A stretch of 64,000 nucleotides of DNA. It comes from Planctomycetota bacterium. GTDB lineage: Bacteria; Planctomycetota; JAJSAM01; JAJVHW01. Below the pieces are notes generated by a model that ran no database searches, was not told the origin of the DNA, and worked only from the letters and a program-made list of their open reading frames with translations. Shown one piece after another: positions 38,502 through 47,757 of the stretch (its first letter is position 1; every line of letters starts with the position of its first letter). The DNA is taken from positions 7,807-71,806 of the forward strand of contig JAIOPE010000146.1 in the NCBI GenBank assembly GCA_021414065.1, read 5' to 3'. A program made the translations under genes and the position numbers.

Positions 38502-39041
38502 CTACTTCGCGGGCGTCTCGACGATCGCCTTCATGCTCGCGAGGCCCTGCTCGTAGGAGTCGCCGACCATCTTGTCCATGTCCATGAAGAGGCAGAACGC
38601 CTTGCCGATGAAGTTGTTCTTCCCGTCCATCGTCCACCGGACCGTCGTCGAACCGCTGCCGGCCGGCTGGAAGTGGAAGTCCGACATCGCGGTGTCCTCG
38701 AACGGGCGGAGGAAGTCGAGGCGGATGCCGACGTGCTCGGACGGCTTCGCCTCCGTGATCGTCATCCGGCCCGCGCCGACCTCGTCGTTCCCGTCCCACG
38801 CGAAGACGGCGCCGGTCCCCGAGGCCGCGCCCTCGAACGTGTTCTTGCACGCCGGGTCGATCTTGGCCCACGGCGACCAGGCGTCCCACTTGTGGAAATC
38901 AGCGACCTGCGCGTAGACGGCGTCGGCGGGTGCGGCCATCGTCACGCTGCGCTCGACGTGGTAGGTCCCGGGCTGCATGGCGACGACGACGAGCAACACC
39001 ACGACGAGCGCGGCGACGGCGAGCAGGATCTTCTTGAGCAT
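38502..39041 (-). CDS. SRPBCC (polyketide cyclase-like) family protein
   Basis: YHVERSVTMAAP...WDAWSPW...GAVFAWDGN.EVGAG. Confidence 0.88.
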   Translation of the reverse strand: MLKKILLAVAALVVVLLVVVAMQPGTYHVERSVTMAAPADAVYAQVADFHKWDAWSPWAKIDPACKNTFEGAASGTGAVFAWDGNDEVGAGRMTITEAKPSEHVGIRLDFLRPFEDTAMSDFHFQPAGSGSTTVRWTMDGKNNFIGKAFCLFMDMDKMVGDSYEQGLASMKAIVETPAK

Positions 39042-39109
39042 GGTCCCTCCGGTCACCCGCGGACACCGGACGGGCCCGCGGAACGAGAGAGACTACAGTC
39101 GCACGCTCG

Positions 39110-39505
39110 CTATCGAAGCGAGAGTCCGCCGAGGCCGCCGCCGCCCGGCGGAATCTGGCCGGCGCCGGGGACGATGAGACGCGACGCCTCGCGGCGCTGC
39201 ATCTCGCGCGCCTCTTCGACGAGTCGCTGCACGGCAGCGCGGATCGCGTCGGGGAATTTCGCGATCGCCTCGCGCAGGTCCTTCGCCTCGACCTCGGCGT
39301 TCACCGGGAGCGGACCGGACTGCGACATCAACTGCGTCCCGGCGACGAACAGGACTGGGCGAGACGGGTCGTCGGCGCCGTCGGCGGTGACTGGCGTCAG
39401 GCGGCGGATCGTTGCCGTCTGCAGATCGGTGAACGTGTCCTCGCGGTAGAGGTTCGCCGCGTCCACGGCGAGGTCGTCGAGGGGGTTGCGCTGGTTCTGG
39501 CTCAT
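39110..39505 (-). CDS. Conserved hypothetical cytoplasmic protein
   Basis: NLYREDTFTDL..TIRRLTPV..DG; ends SRLIVPG. Confidence 0.7.
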   Translation of the reverse strand: MSQNQRNPLDDLAVDAANLYREDTFTDLQTATIRRLTPVTADGADDPSRPVLFVAGTQLMSQSGPLPVNAEVEAKDLREAIAKFPDAIRAAVQRLVEEAREMQRREASRLIVPGAGQIPPGGGGLGGLSLR

Positions 39506-39545
39506 CCACCGATGGTGGCGGCGACGCGGTCCGGACCCACGAGAA

Positions 39546-40820
39546 TCAGGAGACGGCCACGTACGGAACCGTCAGCGGCCCCTGCGGAAGGACGGCGACG
39601 CGCGCCGACGGGCCGATCCGGGCGACCTCCGCGCGCACCGCGGCCGCGATGTCCGGGCAGGGGTCGAGGTGCATCGCGCGCAGGGAGTGGTCTGGAATCG
39701 TGCTGCGGACGAGCACCCGCGCGCGTCCGAGGACGAGCGACAGGATCTGCGCCTGCCACTGCTCGGGACGGACGAACCCCGGCGTCGCAAGTCGCGCGAG
39801 GACCTCGCCCGGGCCGGAGCACTCGGTCATCAACCGCTCGAACGGACTGCCGGACGGCACGCCCTCGCGGCACTCGCACGCGAGGATCACGGTTCCGCCG
39901 TCGCGGACGATCCGCGCCCCCGCCGCGATCCCCTTCACACCCTGGTAGAGGTTCAGGTCGAGCGGCGCGCCGCTGTTCGTCGTGACGACCACATCGAACG
40001 GCGCCGCGACCCGCTGCATCGCCGTGCCCCGCACGAACTCCAGGCCGGCCCGGTGCGCGTCGATCAGGTCGCCCGCGAACACCCCGGTGATGCGGCGGCG
40101 CTCGTCGAGTGCGACGTTCAGGAGGAAGCTCGGGCCGACACGGAGCGCGATGTCGCGGATCTCCTCCCACACGGGGTTCCCGTCCGTCACGCCGAAGGTC
40201 GCGCGCGGATCGCCGATGTTGTGGGCGCCGTGGTTGCTGATCACCGTCGCGAGCCCCGCGCCGCCGGGCATGATCCCCTTCGGCCCCCCGCTGAACCCTG
40301 CGAACAGGTGCGGCTCGATGAACCCCGTGACGATGCGCACGTCGGCGTCGGCGAGCAGCCGATGGAGCAGCGCGGGCGTGCCGTCGCGGGTCGTGCCGAA
40401 CTGCACGAGCGCGCCGACGTCGGTCGAGTCGTGGTTGACGACGCGGTAGTCGCGGACGACCTCCGCCGTGAGGAGGCGCTCGAGCTCCTCGCGCGGACTC
40501 GGCCGGTGCGTGCCGAGTTGGTTGAGCAGGACGACGCGATCCCGCGGCACGCCGGCCGCCGCGATCTCGTCGAGCAGCCACGGGATGATCCGCTCGTTCG
40601 GCGTCGCGCGCGTCGCGTCGGTGAACGCGATGCACACGCTCCGGGCCCCGCGGACCACGTCGCGGAGCGGCGGTCGCCCGATCGGCGCGCGCAGCGCCGC
40701 GACGACCGCAGCGCGCTCGTCAGCCAGCGGCGCCGCGGGCGTCGGTTCGATCACGGTGGTGACGTCGCCCGGAAGTTCAACGGACAGGCGGTCGGCACCG
40801 TACGCGAGGGAGACACGCAT
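39546..40820 (-). CDS. larA: Nickel-pincer-dependent lactate racemase family protein
   Basis: DATRATP, GTHRP, VVNHD, IEPHLFAGFSGGPKGIMPG, DLNLYQGVKG, ECREG, QWQAQI. Confidence 0.85.
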   Translation of the reverse strand: MRVSLAYGADRLSVELPGDVTTVIEPTPAAPLADERAAVVAALRAPIGRPPLRDVVRGARSVCIAFTDATRATPNERIIPWLLDEIAAAGVPRDRVVLLNQLGTHRPSPREELERLLTAEVVRDYRVVNHDSTDVGALVQFGTTRDGTPALLHRLLADADVRIVTGFIEPHLFAGFSGGPKGIMPGGAGLATVISNHGAHNIGDPRATFGVTDGNPVWEEIRDIALRVGPSFLLNVALDERRRITGVFAGDLIDAHRAGLEFVRGTAMQRVAAPFDVVVTTNSGAPLDLNLYQGVKGIAAGARIVRDGGTVILACECREGVPSGSPFERLMTECSGPGEVLARLATPGFVRPEQWQAQILSLVLGRARVLVRSTIPDHSLRAMHLDPCPDIAAAVRAEVARIGPSARVAVLPQGPLTVPYVAVS

Positions 40821-40938
40821 CGTGCGGGCGATGGTCGGCGCGACGCGGGTCGGAGTCCAGATGGCCACGACATCGATTCCGCGACGTGCCTCAAGTGCAG
40901 CGCCGCCCCGCGCAATCAGCGTCGCCCGCCGCTGGACT

Positions 40939-41838
40939 CTACGCGCGGGCGCTCTCGGCGAGCGGCACGATCGCGTCGGCGACGAGTCGCAATCCCGTGA
41001 AGCGGAGTTCGTCGCTGGTGACGCGGAGCGAGGCGAGCAGGCCGTAGACGCACGCGTGGTGCGCCTCATCCATGTCTGCTGGACTGCCGAGCAACTGTCG
41101 AAGCCCGTCGCCTGCGTGTTGCGCCCGCTCCTGCCAGTCCTCCGGGAAACAGCTGCGAAGCGCCGCCTCCCACAACCCCGGCCACGACGCGATCTCCGCG
41201 TCGCCCGCCAGTCGCGCGATGGCGAGCACCCGTCCGAGGTCCTTGTTGCTCCGCCGAATCGCGCGGTCCTCGATCTTCCCGATCATGCGCTCCGGCCGGA
41301 TCTCGCGGTGCTCGAGCAGATTCGCGAGCGCCATCATCTCGACCCGCGCGACTTGGATGCCGAAGTCCGTCGGCGTCGGCGCATGTGCAGCGAGCGAGAG
41401 GTAGTCGAAACTGACAAGACCGAAGTGACCGCCCGCGAGCTCGAGACGGAGCCAGCGCTTCCCGCGTTCCGCCGACGCATCGGGAACGGTGAGGAGCTCC
41501 ACGAACCAGTCGTCCGAGTTCGGCGGGTAGAGGCGCACCGCAGGGAGCTGGTCGTCAGGCGTGGATGCGGTGCCTGGCTGCTGCCACGTTCCCGCGCGTG
41601 GGAAGTGCCAGCCGCACGCGAGAAGTCGCTCCGCGATGCTCCTGCCCGCAGCGACTGCTTTCACGCGGGGCGCGAGGAGACAGTCTACGTCCTTCGTCCT
41701 CACTTGGAGCGCGGGGTCGTTGCCGAAGAAGCGGTAGCCCGCGGCTACGCTGCCAACCACGATGATCTCGCCGTGGCAGTCCGCGGGCACTGCGCTCGCG
41801 ACGCTCTGCAGGATCTGGCGGGGGGAAACGAGCTTCAT
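40939..41838 (-). CDS. AbiEii-like nucleotidyltransferase (putative type IV TA toxin)
   Basis: IIVVGSVAAG...VRTKDVD Pol-beta motif; RSNKDLGRV; ATGA overlap with the upstream gene. Confidence 0.7.
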   Translation of the reverse strand: MKLVSPRQILQSVASAVPADCHGEIIVVGSVAAGYRFFGNDPALQVRTKDVDCLLAPRVKAVAAGRSIAERLLACGWHFPRAGTWQQPGTASTPDDQLPAVRLYPPNSDDWFVELLTVPDASAERGKRWLRLELAGGHFGLVSFDYLSLAAHAPTPTDFGIQVARVEMMALANLLEHREIRPERMIGKIEDRAIRRSNKDLGRVLAIARLAGDAEIASWPGLWEAALRSCFPEDWQERAQHAGDGLRQLLGSPADMDEAHHACVYGLLASLRVTSDELRFTGLRLVADAIVPLAESARA

Positions 41839-42920
41839 GGCCGGAGCTCGCCGAGCCGTCGCTGGCGCTCGGCAGCGAAGTGCTGCACGAAGTCCTCCGC
41901 CTGCTGGTCGAGTCGCGCCTCGTACAGATCGAGGAGACACTCGACCGGGTCCGCCCAGGCAACGCCGTCTGAATCGCGCGTGAAGAGGCTCTCGCTGCGG
42001 CGTACGCAGTGGACGGCAAGAGCCGCGGGACGGCGTGACTCACCCGGCTGTGCGTGAGCCTGCGGCTGAAGCGCGGGGTCCAGTTGCTGGACGAACGCCA
42101 CGTCGAGCCGATCGTCGGGGCGGTGCACCGAAAGGTCCAGCCGCGGGGACCCGACGAGATCCAGGCCAGGGTGGTGGTGCCGCGCTCCGATGATCCCGCC
42201 GACAGCGATGTCTTGGCGCCGCAGCCGTCGCACGCGATCGAAGAGCGCGTCAGCGGACCGTGCCTGCCCCGAGGCATCGACGAAGCACACCGTCGAGCGG
42301 AACTCCGCCGCACCAGCGACGAACCGCGCCCACTCGTCGCGCGGGAACCGACTCAGCTCGACGCTGCGGTCGGAGCCCCTTTGGACGACGCCCGACAGTC
42401 GGCCGAGGGCCCGCGCTACCGTCGGGTAACTGAACCCCGTTGCCGACATGAGCCACGCGGTCGTCACGGGCCCTGCCCCTTCGAGCCATCGGTTCACGAG
42501 AAGCTGCAGCACGACGGAGAATGCGTCGGCGCGCTTGAGCCGAAGCCCCGTACGACCGGTCTCACGGCGAACCAACTCGTCGAGCCACGCGCGGAACTCG
42601 TCGCCGAGCCGGTCAGGGATACCGTCGATCCGGCCGTCTCGTGCAACGGCGAGCGACACTCGGTCCCGAACGTCTTCGCGCAAGACGCGCGTCACCGAGG
42701 CCACCTCCTCTCGCAGCCGCGCCTCCGCGATGCGTGGCTCGACGAGTACGAGCAGTCCTCGGACCGCCGGATGCTCTCCGACGTATACGGCGAGCTGCAG
42801 CAGCGCGGCGTGCAGGTTCCGGAAGCCATGGACCCCCGGCTTCACCTCGACCAGGACATCGCTCCAGCGTCCGTCGGCCCGATGGTGCCCCGCTGCGGCG
42901 TCCTGCTCCGTGGATGGCAT
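41835..42920 (-). CDS. AbiEi-like wHTH antitoxin / transcriptional regulator
   Basis: HTH VTTAWLMSATGFSYPTVARAL; C-terminal ADPVECLLDLYEAR..QAE. Confidence 0.68.
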   Translation of the reverse strand: MPSTEQDAAAGHHRADGRWSDVLVEVKPGVHGFRNLHAALLQLAVYVGEHPAVRGLLVLVEPRIAEARLREEVASVTRVLREDVRDRVSLAVARDGRIDGIPDRLGDEFRAWLDELVRRETGRTGLRLKRADAFSVVLQLLVNRWLEGAGPVTTAWLMSATGFSYPTVARALGRLSGVVQRGSDRSVELSRFPRDEWARFVAGAAEFRSTVCFVDASGQARSADALFDRVRRLRRQDIAVGGIIGARHHHPGLDLVGSPRLDLSVHRPDDRLDVAFVQQLDPALQPQAHAQPGESRRPAALAVHCVRRSESLFTRDSDGVAWADPVECLLDLYEARLDQQAEDFVQHFAAERQRRLGELRP

Positions 42921-43125
42921 ACAAGTCAATATGCAACATCAATATGAAAGTTGCAAGTGCGACATCAGGTTGCCACTACAGATCGCAAGGGCACGTCGAT
43001 GCCGTCGAAATCCGGGCGCTGCTCCTCTCGGACGCCGGCGTCGCGAAGAGGCGCGGTCGGCCGCACGTCTCCGAGGCGCCGGTACCACCATCGCCTCGGC
43101 TCGCCGGGCGCCCCGACACCATGCG

Positions 43126-43270
43126 CTACGTGCCGTAGCACAAGCGACAAAGCGGCCGTGCAAGGCTTGTCGTAGCTTCCCGGCCGCAGAAGTGGCAGTG
43201 CTTCTCGGCGAACTCCGCGTTCTTGTACCGTGCCCAAGCCCGGTAGCACTTGGCGCACAGGGGCGGCGGC
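43126..43270 (-). pseudogene. Remnant Cys-rich C-terminal domain, resembling that of PLD-nuclease-family proteins
   Basis: PLCAKCYRAWARYKNAEFAEKHCHFCGREATTSLARPLCRLCY, with no room for an N-terminal domain before the tRNA. Confidence 0.55.
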
Positions 43271-43401
43271 GGCGCCCACAACTGCCGTCCGGTCCGCTCC
43301 CAGCCCGGCCGATCGGCGCGAACTTGGGCGCCACGGCGGACCCGCCCCTGGAAACACCACGAGCCGGTTGGACGTGAGTCCAACCGGCTCGAAAGTTACC
43401 G

Positions 43402-43478
43402 TGGCGAGGACGACGGGGGTCGAACCCGCAACCTCCGGATCGACAGTCCGGTGCTCTAACCAATTGAGCTACGTCCCC
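43402..43478 (-). tRNA. tRNA-Asp(GTC)
   Basis: GGGGACGTAGCTCAATTGGTTAGAGCACCGGACT-GTC-GATCCGG...GGTTCGAC...CGCCA; full cloverleaf with encoded CCA. Confidence 0.97.
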
Positions 43479-43600
43479 ACGGTTTCAGTCAGTTCTGTTT
43501 GTCAGTTCGATGCCAGGCGAGCGTCGTTCGATGATCGGTCGTCGGTCGATGTTCGCGCGGCCCAAGTCCCCGCGCACCGCGCCGCGCGCCGGGGGGCCGG

Positions 43601-43677
43601 TGGTGGGCGATGCAGGGCTCGAACCTGCGACATCATCCGTGTAAGGGATGCGCTCGTACCAACTGAGCTAATCGCCC
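43601..43677 (-). tRNA. tRNA-Val(TAC)
   Basis: GGGCGATTAGCTCAGTTGGTACGAGCGCATCCCT-TAC-ACGGATG...GGTTCGAGCC...CACCA. Confidence 0.97.
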
Positions 43678-43835
43678 GCTTTGCTTCAGGTGCTCGGCGT
43701 CACATGCTCAGCGCCATGTTCGACGTCGTTGCAGAGTCATCTTCACCGTTCGACGCGCACCATCGGCGCGCCGGTCGGTCCGGGCTCGGGTCGTCGCCAG
43801 GACGGGGGTCGTACCCCCGCTCAGGAGAGGGGACC

Positions 43836-43863
43836 ATCATGGGATCGGCGCCGGGGGGGTCAA
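43836..43863 (-). promoter_or_regulatory. Candidate sigma70 promoter for the tRNA pair
   Basis: Minus strand TTGACC-N16-CATGAT. Confidence 0.4.
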
Positions 43864-43901
43864 CTTCTTTCGACACCGGACGGCTCCGGCGGACCGTCCC
43901 G

Positions 43902-45008
43902 CTACCGGCCGAAGAACGACCGGACGCCTGCAATCACATGGTCTTGCTCCGCTGCGGTGAGTGACGGGAAGACCGGCAGCGAGAGAATGCGGTCCACGAG
44001 CGCGTCGGTCGCGGGAAGGGCCTCGCGGCGGACCTCGGGTCGGGCGAGCGTCCCCGGCTGGCGGTGCGTCGGCATGGGATAGTGGACGCCGGTCTGGACG
44101 CCATGGGAGGCGAGGTGCTTCGCGAGAGCCTCCCGCTGCGGGGTCTCGACCACGTAGAGGTGGAAGACGTGGTGGGTGCCGTCACGGCGGCGCGGGCGCC
44201 CAAGGGGCAGGTCGGCGAGGGCCTCGTCGTAGCGAGCCGCGATGCGGCGGCGGGCGTCGTTGTTGGCCTGGAGGCGGCGGAGGAAGACGCGGCCCGCGGC
44301 GGCTTGGAGATCGTTGAACCGCATGTTGAAGCCCACGACCTCGTGGACGTGCTTCCCGCGGCGACCGTGGTCGCGGAGCATCCGCACGCGCTCGGCGATG
44401 CCGTCGTCGTCGGTGAGCACGGCACCGCCGTCGCCCGGGACGGGCAGGTTCTTCGACGGGTAGAAGCTGAGCACGCCGGCCGCCCCCATCGTGCCGACCT
44501 TGCGGCTCGCGTGCATCGCGCCGTGGGCCTGGGCGCAGTCCTCGAGGACGAGCAGGTTGCGGCGCTTCGCGACATCCAGGATTCGGTCCATGTCGCAGGG
44601 CTGGCCGTAGATGTGGACCGGAACGATCGCCTTGGTCTTCGACGTGATGCGCGGCTCGATCCACGACGGGTCCAACGTGGCGGTGTCGTCCACGTCGAGG
44701 AAGACGGGCACCGCACCGGCGTCGAAAACACCCTCGATCGTGGGAAACGCAGTGTGCGACGGGACGAGCACCTCGTCGCCGGGGCCAATTCCCATCGACA
44801 TCATCGCGAGCGTGAGGCCTGCGGTGGCGTTGGAGCAGAGCACCGCGTGCCTGCGTCCGAACCAAGCCGCAAGCTCGGACTCGAATGCCTTGCATTCCGG
44901 CCCGAGGATGAACTGGCCGGCGTCGAGCGCGTGCATGACGCGCTCTCGGACTTCGTCGTCGATCTCGATGCGGGACAGCGGAACCTGTTGCGGGTTGAGG
45001 GCGGACAT
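43902..45008 (-). CDS. DegT/DnrJ/EryC1/StrS aminotransferase
   Basis: FILGPE, PVHIYGQP, EDCAQAHGA, SFYPSKNL (PLP Lys). Confidence 0.92.
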   Translation of the reverse strand: MSALNPQQVPLSRIEIDDEVRERVMHALDAGQFILGPECKAFESELAAWFGRRHAVLCSNATAGLTLAMMSMGIGPGDEVLVPSHTAFPTIEGVFDAGAVPVFLDVDDTATLDPSWIEPRITSKTKAIVPVHIYGQPCDMDRILDVAKRRNLLVLEDCAQAHGAMHASRKVGTMGAAGVLSFYPSKNLPVPGDGGAVLTDDDGIAERVRMLRDHGRRGKHVHEVVGFNMRFNDLQAAAGRVFLRRLQANNDARRRIAARYDEALADLPLGRPRRRDGTHHVFHLYVVETPQREALAKHLASHGVQTGVHYPMPTHRQPGTLARPEVRREALPATDALVDRILSLPVFPSLTAAEQDHVIAGVRSFFGR

Positions 45009-45067
45009 GACGACCTCCGGATACCGATTCGGACGAGTGTAGGTCCGGCGCCGAGCCGCTGTGAACT

Positions 45068-45805
45068 TCAGCTCGGGTTCGTGCCGCGGGCCCTGAGTCG
45101 CTTCGTCCACCACGCTGCGCCGACGCCGATCACGACGAGCGCGATCGCGCCGCCGAGCAGGCGCGGCGCCATCTCGGTGCCCTTGGCTGCGCTGCCGAGG
45201 AGCGCCATCACCGCGGTCTCGGGAAACGTGCCGATGAACGTCGCCGTGAGGAAGGTGCCGAGCGAGACGGTGCTGACGGCGAACAGGAGGTTCGTGGCGA
45301 ACGCGTTGCCGACCGGCGTGAGGCGCAGGATGACGTTGGCCTCGAAGCCGTGGCGGGAGATGAAGTCGAGGAGCGCCTTCGCGCGGGGGAATCGCCGCGA
45401 GACGAGTCCCTGAACCCACGCGTGTCCGAGGTTCCGGCCCACGACGAACGTCGCCCAGCACCCGGCGAACGTGCCGAGCTGCGCGAGGATCGTGCCCTCG
45501 ATCCATCCGAAGACCGCGCCTCCGACGAACGCGAGAGCCAGGCGCGGCACCCCCACCGACACGCCGAGCGCGCACCCGGCGACGAACAACACCTGCCCAA
45601 GGAGCCCGGCCTCGTCGGCCTTCGCGCGGAGTTCGTCGATCCACGGCGGTCGCTCGAGGTGCTTCAGAGGCGCGACGTACTCGCGGATCGGGGTGAGGTA
45701 GACGATCGCGACGCACGCCGCGATCAGCAACGCCAGGAACACGGCCTTGCGAGGCGACGCGGGTTCGACGGGCGGAACGTCGTGCGAGGCCTCCGGCTCC
45801 GTCAC
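45068..45805 (-). CDS. TVP38/TMEM64 (DedA/VTT) membrane protein
   Basis: GGAVFGWIEG, ILRLTPV, FIGTFP; GTGA overlap with the upstream gene. Confidence 0.8.
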   Translation of the reverse strand: MTEPEASHDVPPVEPASPRKAVFLALLIAACVAIVYLTPIREYVAPLKHLERPPWIDELRAKADEAGLLGQVLFVAGCALGVSVGVPRLALAFVGGAVFGWIEGTILAQLGTFAGCWATFVVGRNLGHAWVQGLVSRRFPRAKALLDFISRHGFEANVILRLTPVGNAFATNLLFAVSTVSLGTFLTATFIGTFPETAVMALLGSAAKGTEMAPRLLGGAIALVVIGVGAAWWTKRLRARGTNPS

Positions 45806-46536
45806 ACGTCCTCCGGAACGACCCGAGCGGCAGGGAAGACGCGCTTGCGATACCACCGGATCGCGAAGCAGTCCGCGATGCCACGCCACATGCGATTGCC
45901 GATGCCGTACTTCGACGCCCCGGTGGTGCGCGGGCGGTGGTTCACCTCGATCTCGGTGACGCGGAAGCCTTGCAGCCGCAGGATCGTGGGCAGGAACCGG
46001 TGCATCCCGTTGAAGACCAGCACCTCGCGGAGAGCGTCGCGACGGAGCGCGCGGTACGTGCAGCCGGCATCGGAGACGCCTGGAACTCCGGTCACGCCGT
46101 TGCGGAACCCGTTGCCGATCTTCGACGACATCCGCTTCACGAAGTCGTCCTCGCGGCGGCGGCGCTTCGTCGCCACGCAGTCGCTCCCGCGGAGCGCTTC
46201 GAGCAGTCGCGGGATGTCGGCCGGGTCGTTCTGCTCGTCGCTGTCCATCGTGATGACGATCGAACCCCGAGCGTGACGGAACCCGGTCGCCGTCGCCGCG
46301 CTCTCGCCGCAGTTCACCGAGTGACGGATGACACGGACTTCGGGATGCTGGATCTGAGCGCGTCCCAGGGCAGCGAGCGTGCCGTCGGTCGAGCGGTCGT
46401 CGATGTAGAGGATCTCGTACCGCACCGCGAGTCCATCGAGAACGCCGGCGATCTCGGTGGTGAGTCGCTCGACGCAGTCCTCCTCGTTGAAGCAGGGGAG
46501 GACGACGGAGATTTCGATCGGCCGGGCGTCGGACAT
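45802..46536 (-). CDS. GT2 polyprenol-phosphate glycosyltransferase (DPM/ArnC-like)
   Basis: ISVVLPCFNEE, IDDRSTDGT, TMDSDEQNDP, GMHRFLP, HRPR..G.SKYG. Confidence 0.9.
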   Translation of the reverse strand: MSDARPIEISVVLPCFNEEDCVERLTTEIAGVLDGLAVRYEILYIDDRSTDGTLAALGRAQIQHPEVRVIRHSVNCGESAATATGFRHARGSIVITMDSDEQNDPADIPRLLEALRGSDCVATKRRRREDDFVKRMSSKIGNGFRNGVTGVPGVSDAGCTYRALRRDALREVLVFNGMHRFLPTILRLQGFRVTEIEVNHRPRTTGASKYGIGNRMWRGIADCFAIRWYRKRVFPAARVVPEDV

Positions 46537-46676
46537 ACCGCGACCGTTGGTAGCGCGGCGCCGCCCGGCGGGCCAACTCCCCGCGACGGTTGCAGTTCCT
46601 GCCGCGCGGAATCTCTGGCGCGCCGCCCGCGCTCCGACGCATCGTGCAGGACTTCCCTTCCCGGAGGCCCGCTGTC

Positions 46677-47756
46677 GTGATCGACGGAAAGCTCGGTTTC
46701 GCACTCATCGGCTGCGGGCGCGTCTCGCGCAACCACCTCGAAGCGGTCACGCGGCCCGACTTCCCCGGGCGGCTCGCGGCCGTCTGCGACCTCGATCCCG
46801 CGAAGGCCGCGGCGAAGTCCGCGAAGCACGGGGGCGTGCCCGCCTACACCGACTTCCGCGAGATGCTCACGAAGCACCCCGAGGTGGACGTCGTGCAGAT
46901 CGCGACGCCGACCGGCCTGCACGCCGCGCACGTCGTGGACGTGGCGAAGTACGGCCGTCACATCGTCGTCGAGAAGCCGATGGCGCTCCGCGTCGAGGAC
47001 GCGAAGGCGATGATCGCCGCGGTGAAGAAGGCGAAACGTCGCCTGTTCGTGGTGAAGCAGAACCGCTTCAACACGGCGGTGCAGGCCGCGCGGCGCGCGC
47101 TCGACGAAGGCCGGCTCGGAAAGCTCGTCATGGCGACGGCGCGGGTGCGCTGGCGCCGCGAGCAGGACTACTACGAGCAGGACGACTGGCACGGCACGTG
47201 GGCGCTCGACGGCGGCGTGATGTCGCAGCAGGCGAGCCATCACCTGGACCTCCTCCAGTGGTTCCTCGGAGGCGAGGTGGAGAGCGTCCGCTGCGACGCC
47301 GCGACGCGCCTCCTCGACATCGAGGTCGAAGACACGGCGGCGGCGACGCTGCTGTGCAAGGGCGGCGCGCTCGGTGTGTTCGAAGCGACGGTCTGCGCGC
47401 GACCCGACGACATGGAGGCGTCGATCAGCCTCCTCGGCGAGAAGGGCAGCGTGATCATCGCCGGGAAGGCCGTGAACAAGATCGCGCACTGGAAGTTCGC
47501 GGAGCCCCGCGCCGACGACGCCGACATCGTGCAGCGCTGCTCCTCCGAGATCCCCGACGTCTACGGCCACGGCCACGAGCCGTACCTGCGCGACGTCGCG
47601 GAGAAGATCCTGACCGGCGCGCCCGCGCTCGTCGAAGGCGACGAGGGCCTGCGCAACGTGCGCATCCTGACCGCGCTCTACGAGTCGGCGGCATGCGGAG
47701 GCGACCGGAAGCGGCCCGGCGGCCGCATCGTGAAGTCGCGTCTCGGGCGCGGGTGA
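46677..47756 (+). CDS. Gfo/Idh/MocA oxidoreductase (WbpB/WlbA-like nucleotide-sugar dehydrogenase)
   Basis: IGCGRVS, TPTGLH, VEKPMA, VKQNRFN, WHGTWALDGG. Confidence 0.88.
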   Translation: MIDGKLGFALIGCGRVSRNHLEAVTRPDFPGRLAAVCDLDPAKAAAKSAKHGGVPAYTDFREMLTKHPEVDVVQIATPTGLHAAHVVDVAKYGRHIVVEKPMALRVEDAKAMIAAVKKAKRRLFVVKQNRFNTAVQAARRALDEGRLGKLVMATARVRWRREQDYYEQDDWHGTWALDGGVMSQQASHHLDLLQWFLGGEVESVRCDAATRLLDIEVEDTAAATLLCKGGALGVFEATVCARPDDMEASISLLGEKGSVIIAGKAVNKIAHWKFAEPRADDADIVQRCSSEIPDVYGHGHEPYLRDVAEKILTGAPALVEGDEGLRNVRILTALYESAACGGDRKRPGGRIVKSRLGRG

Positions 47757-47757
47757 T

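Noticed and set aside
40939-43478. Intact integrative element at tRNA-Asp
   Set aside because: No integrase, and I found no duplicated tRNA 3' end (att site) in the window.
45009-45884. Extended starts for DegT (45884), and similarly dapA (56951), larA (41069) and the CbcL-like genes (9499, 11720)
   Set aside because: Most extensions overlap neighbouring genes, and family homology or the signal peptide begins at the downstream starts.
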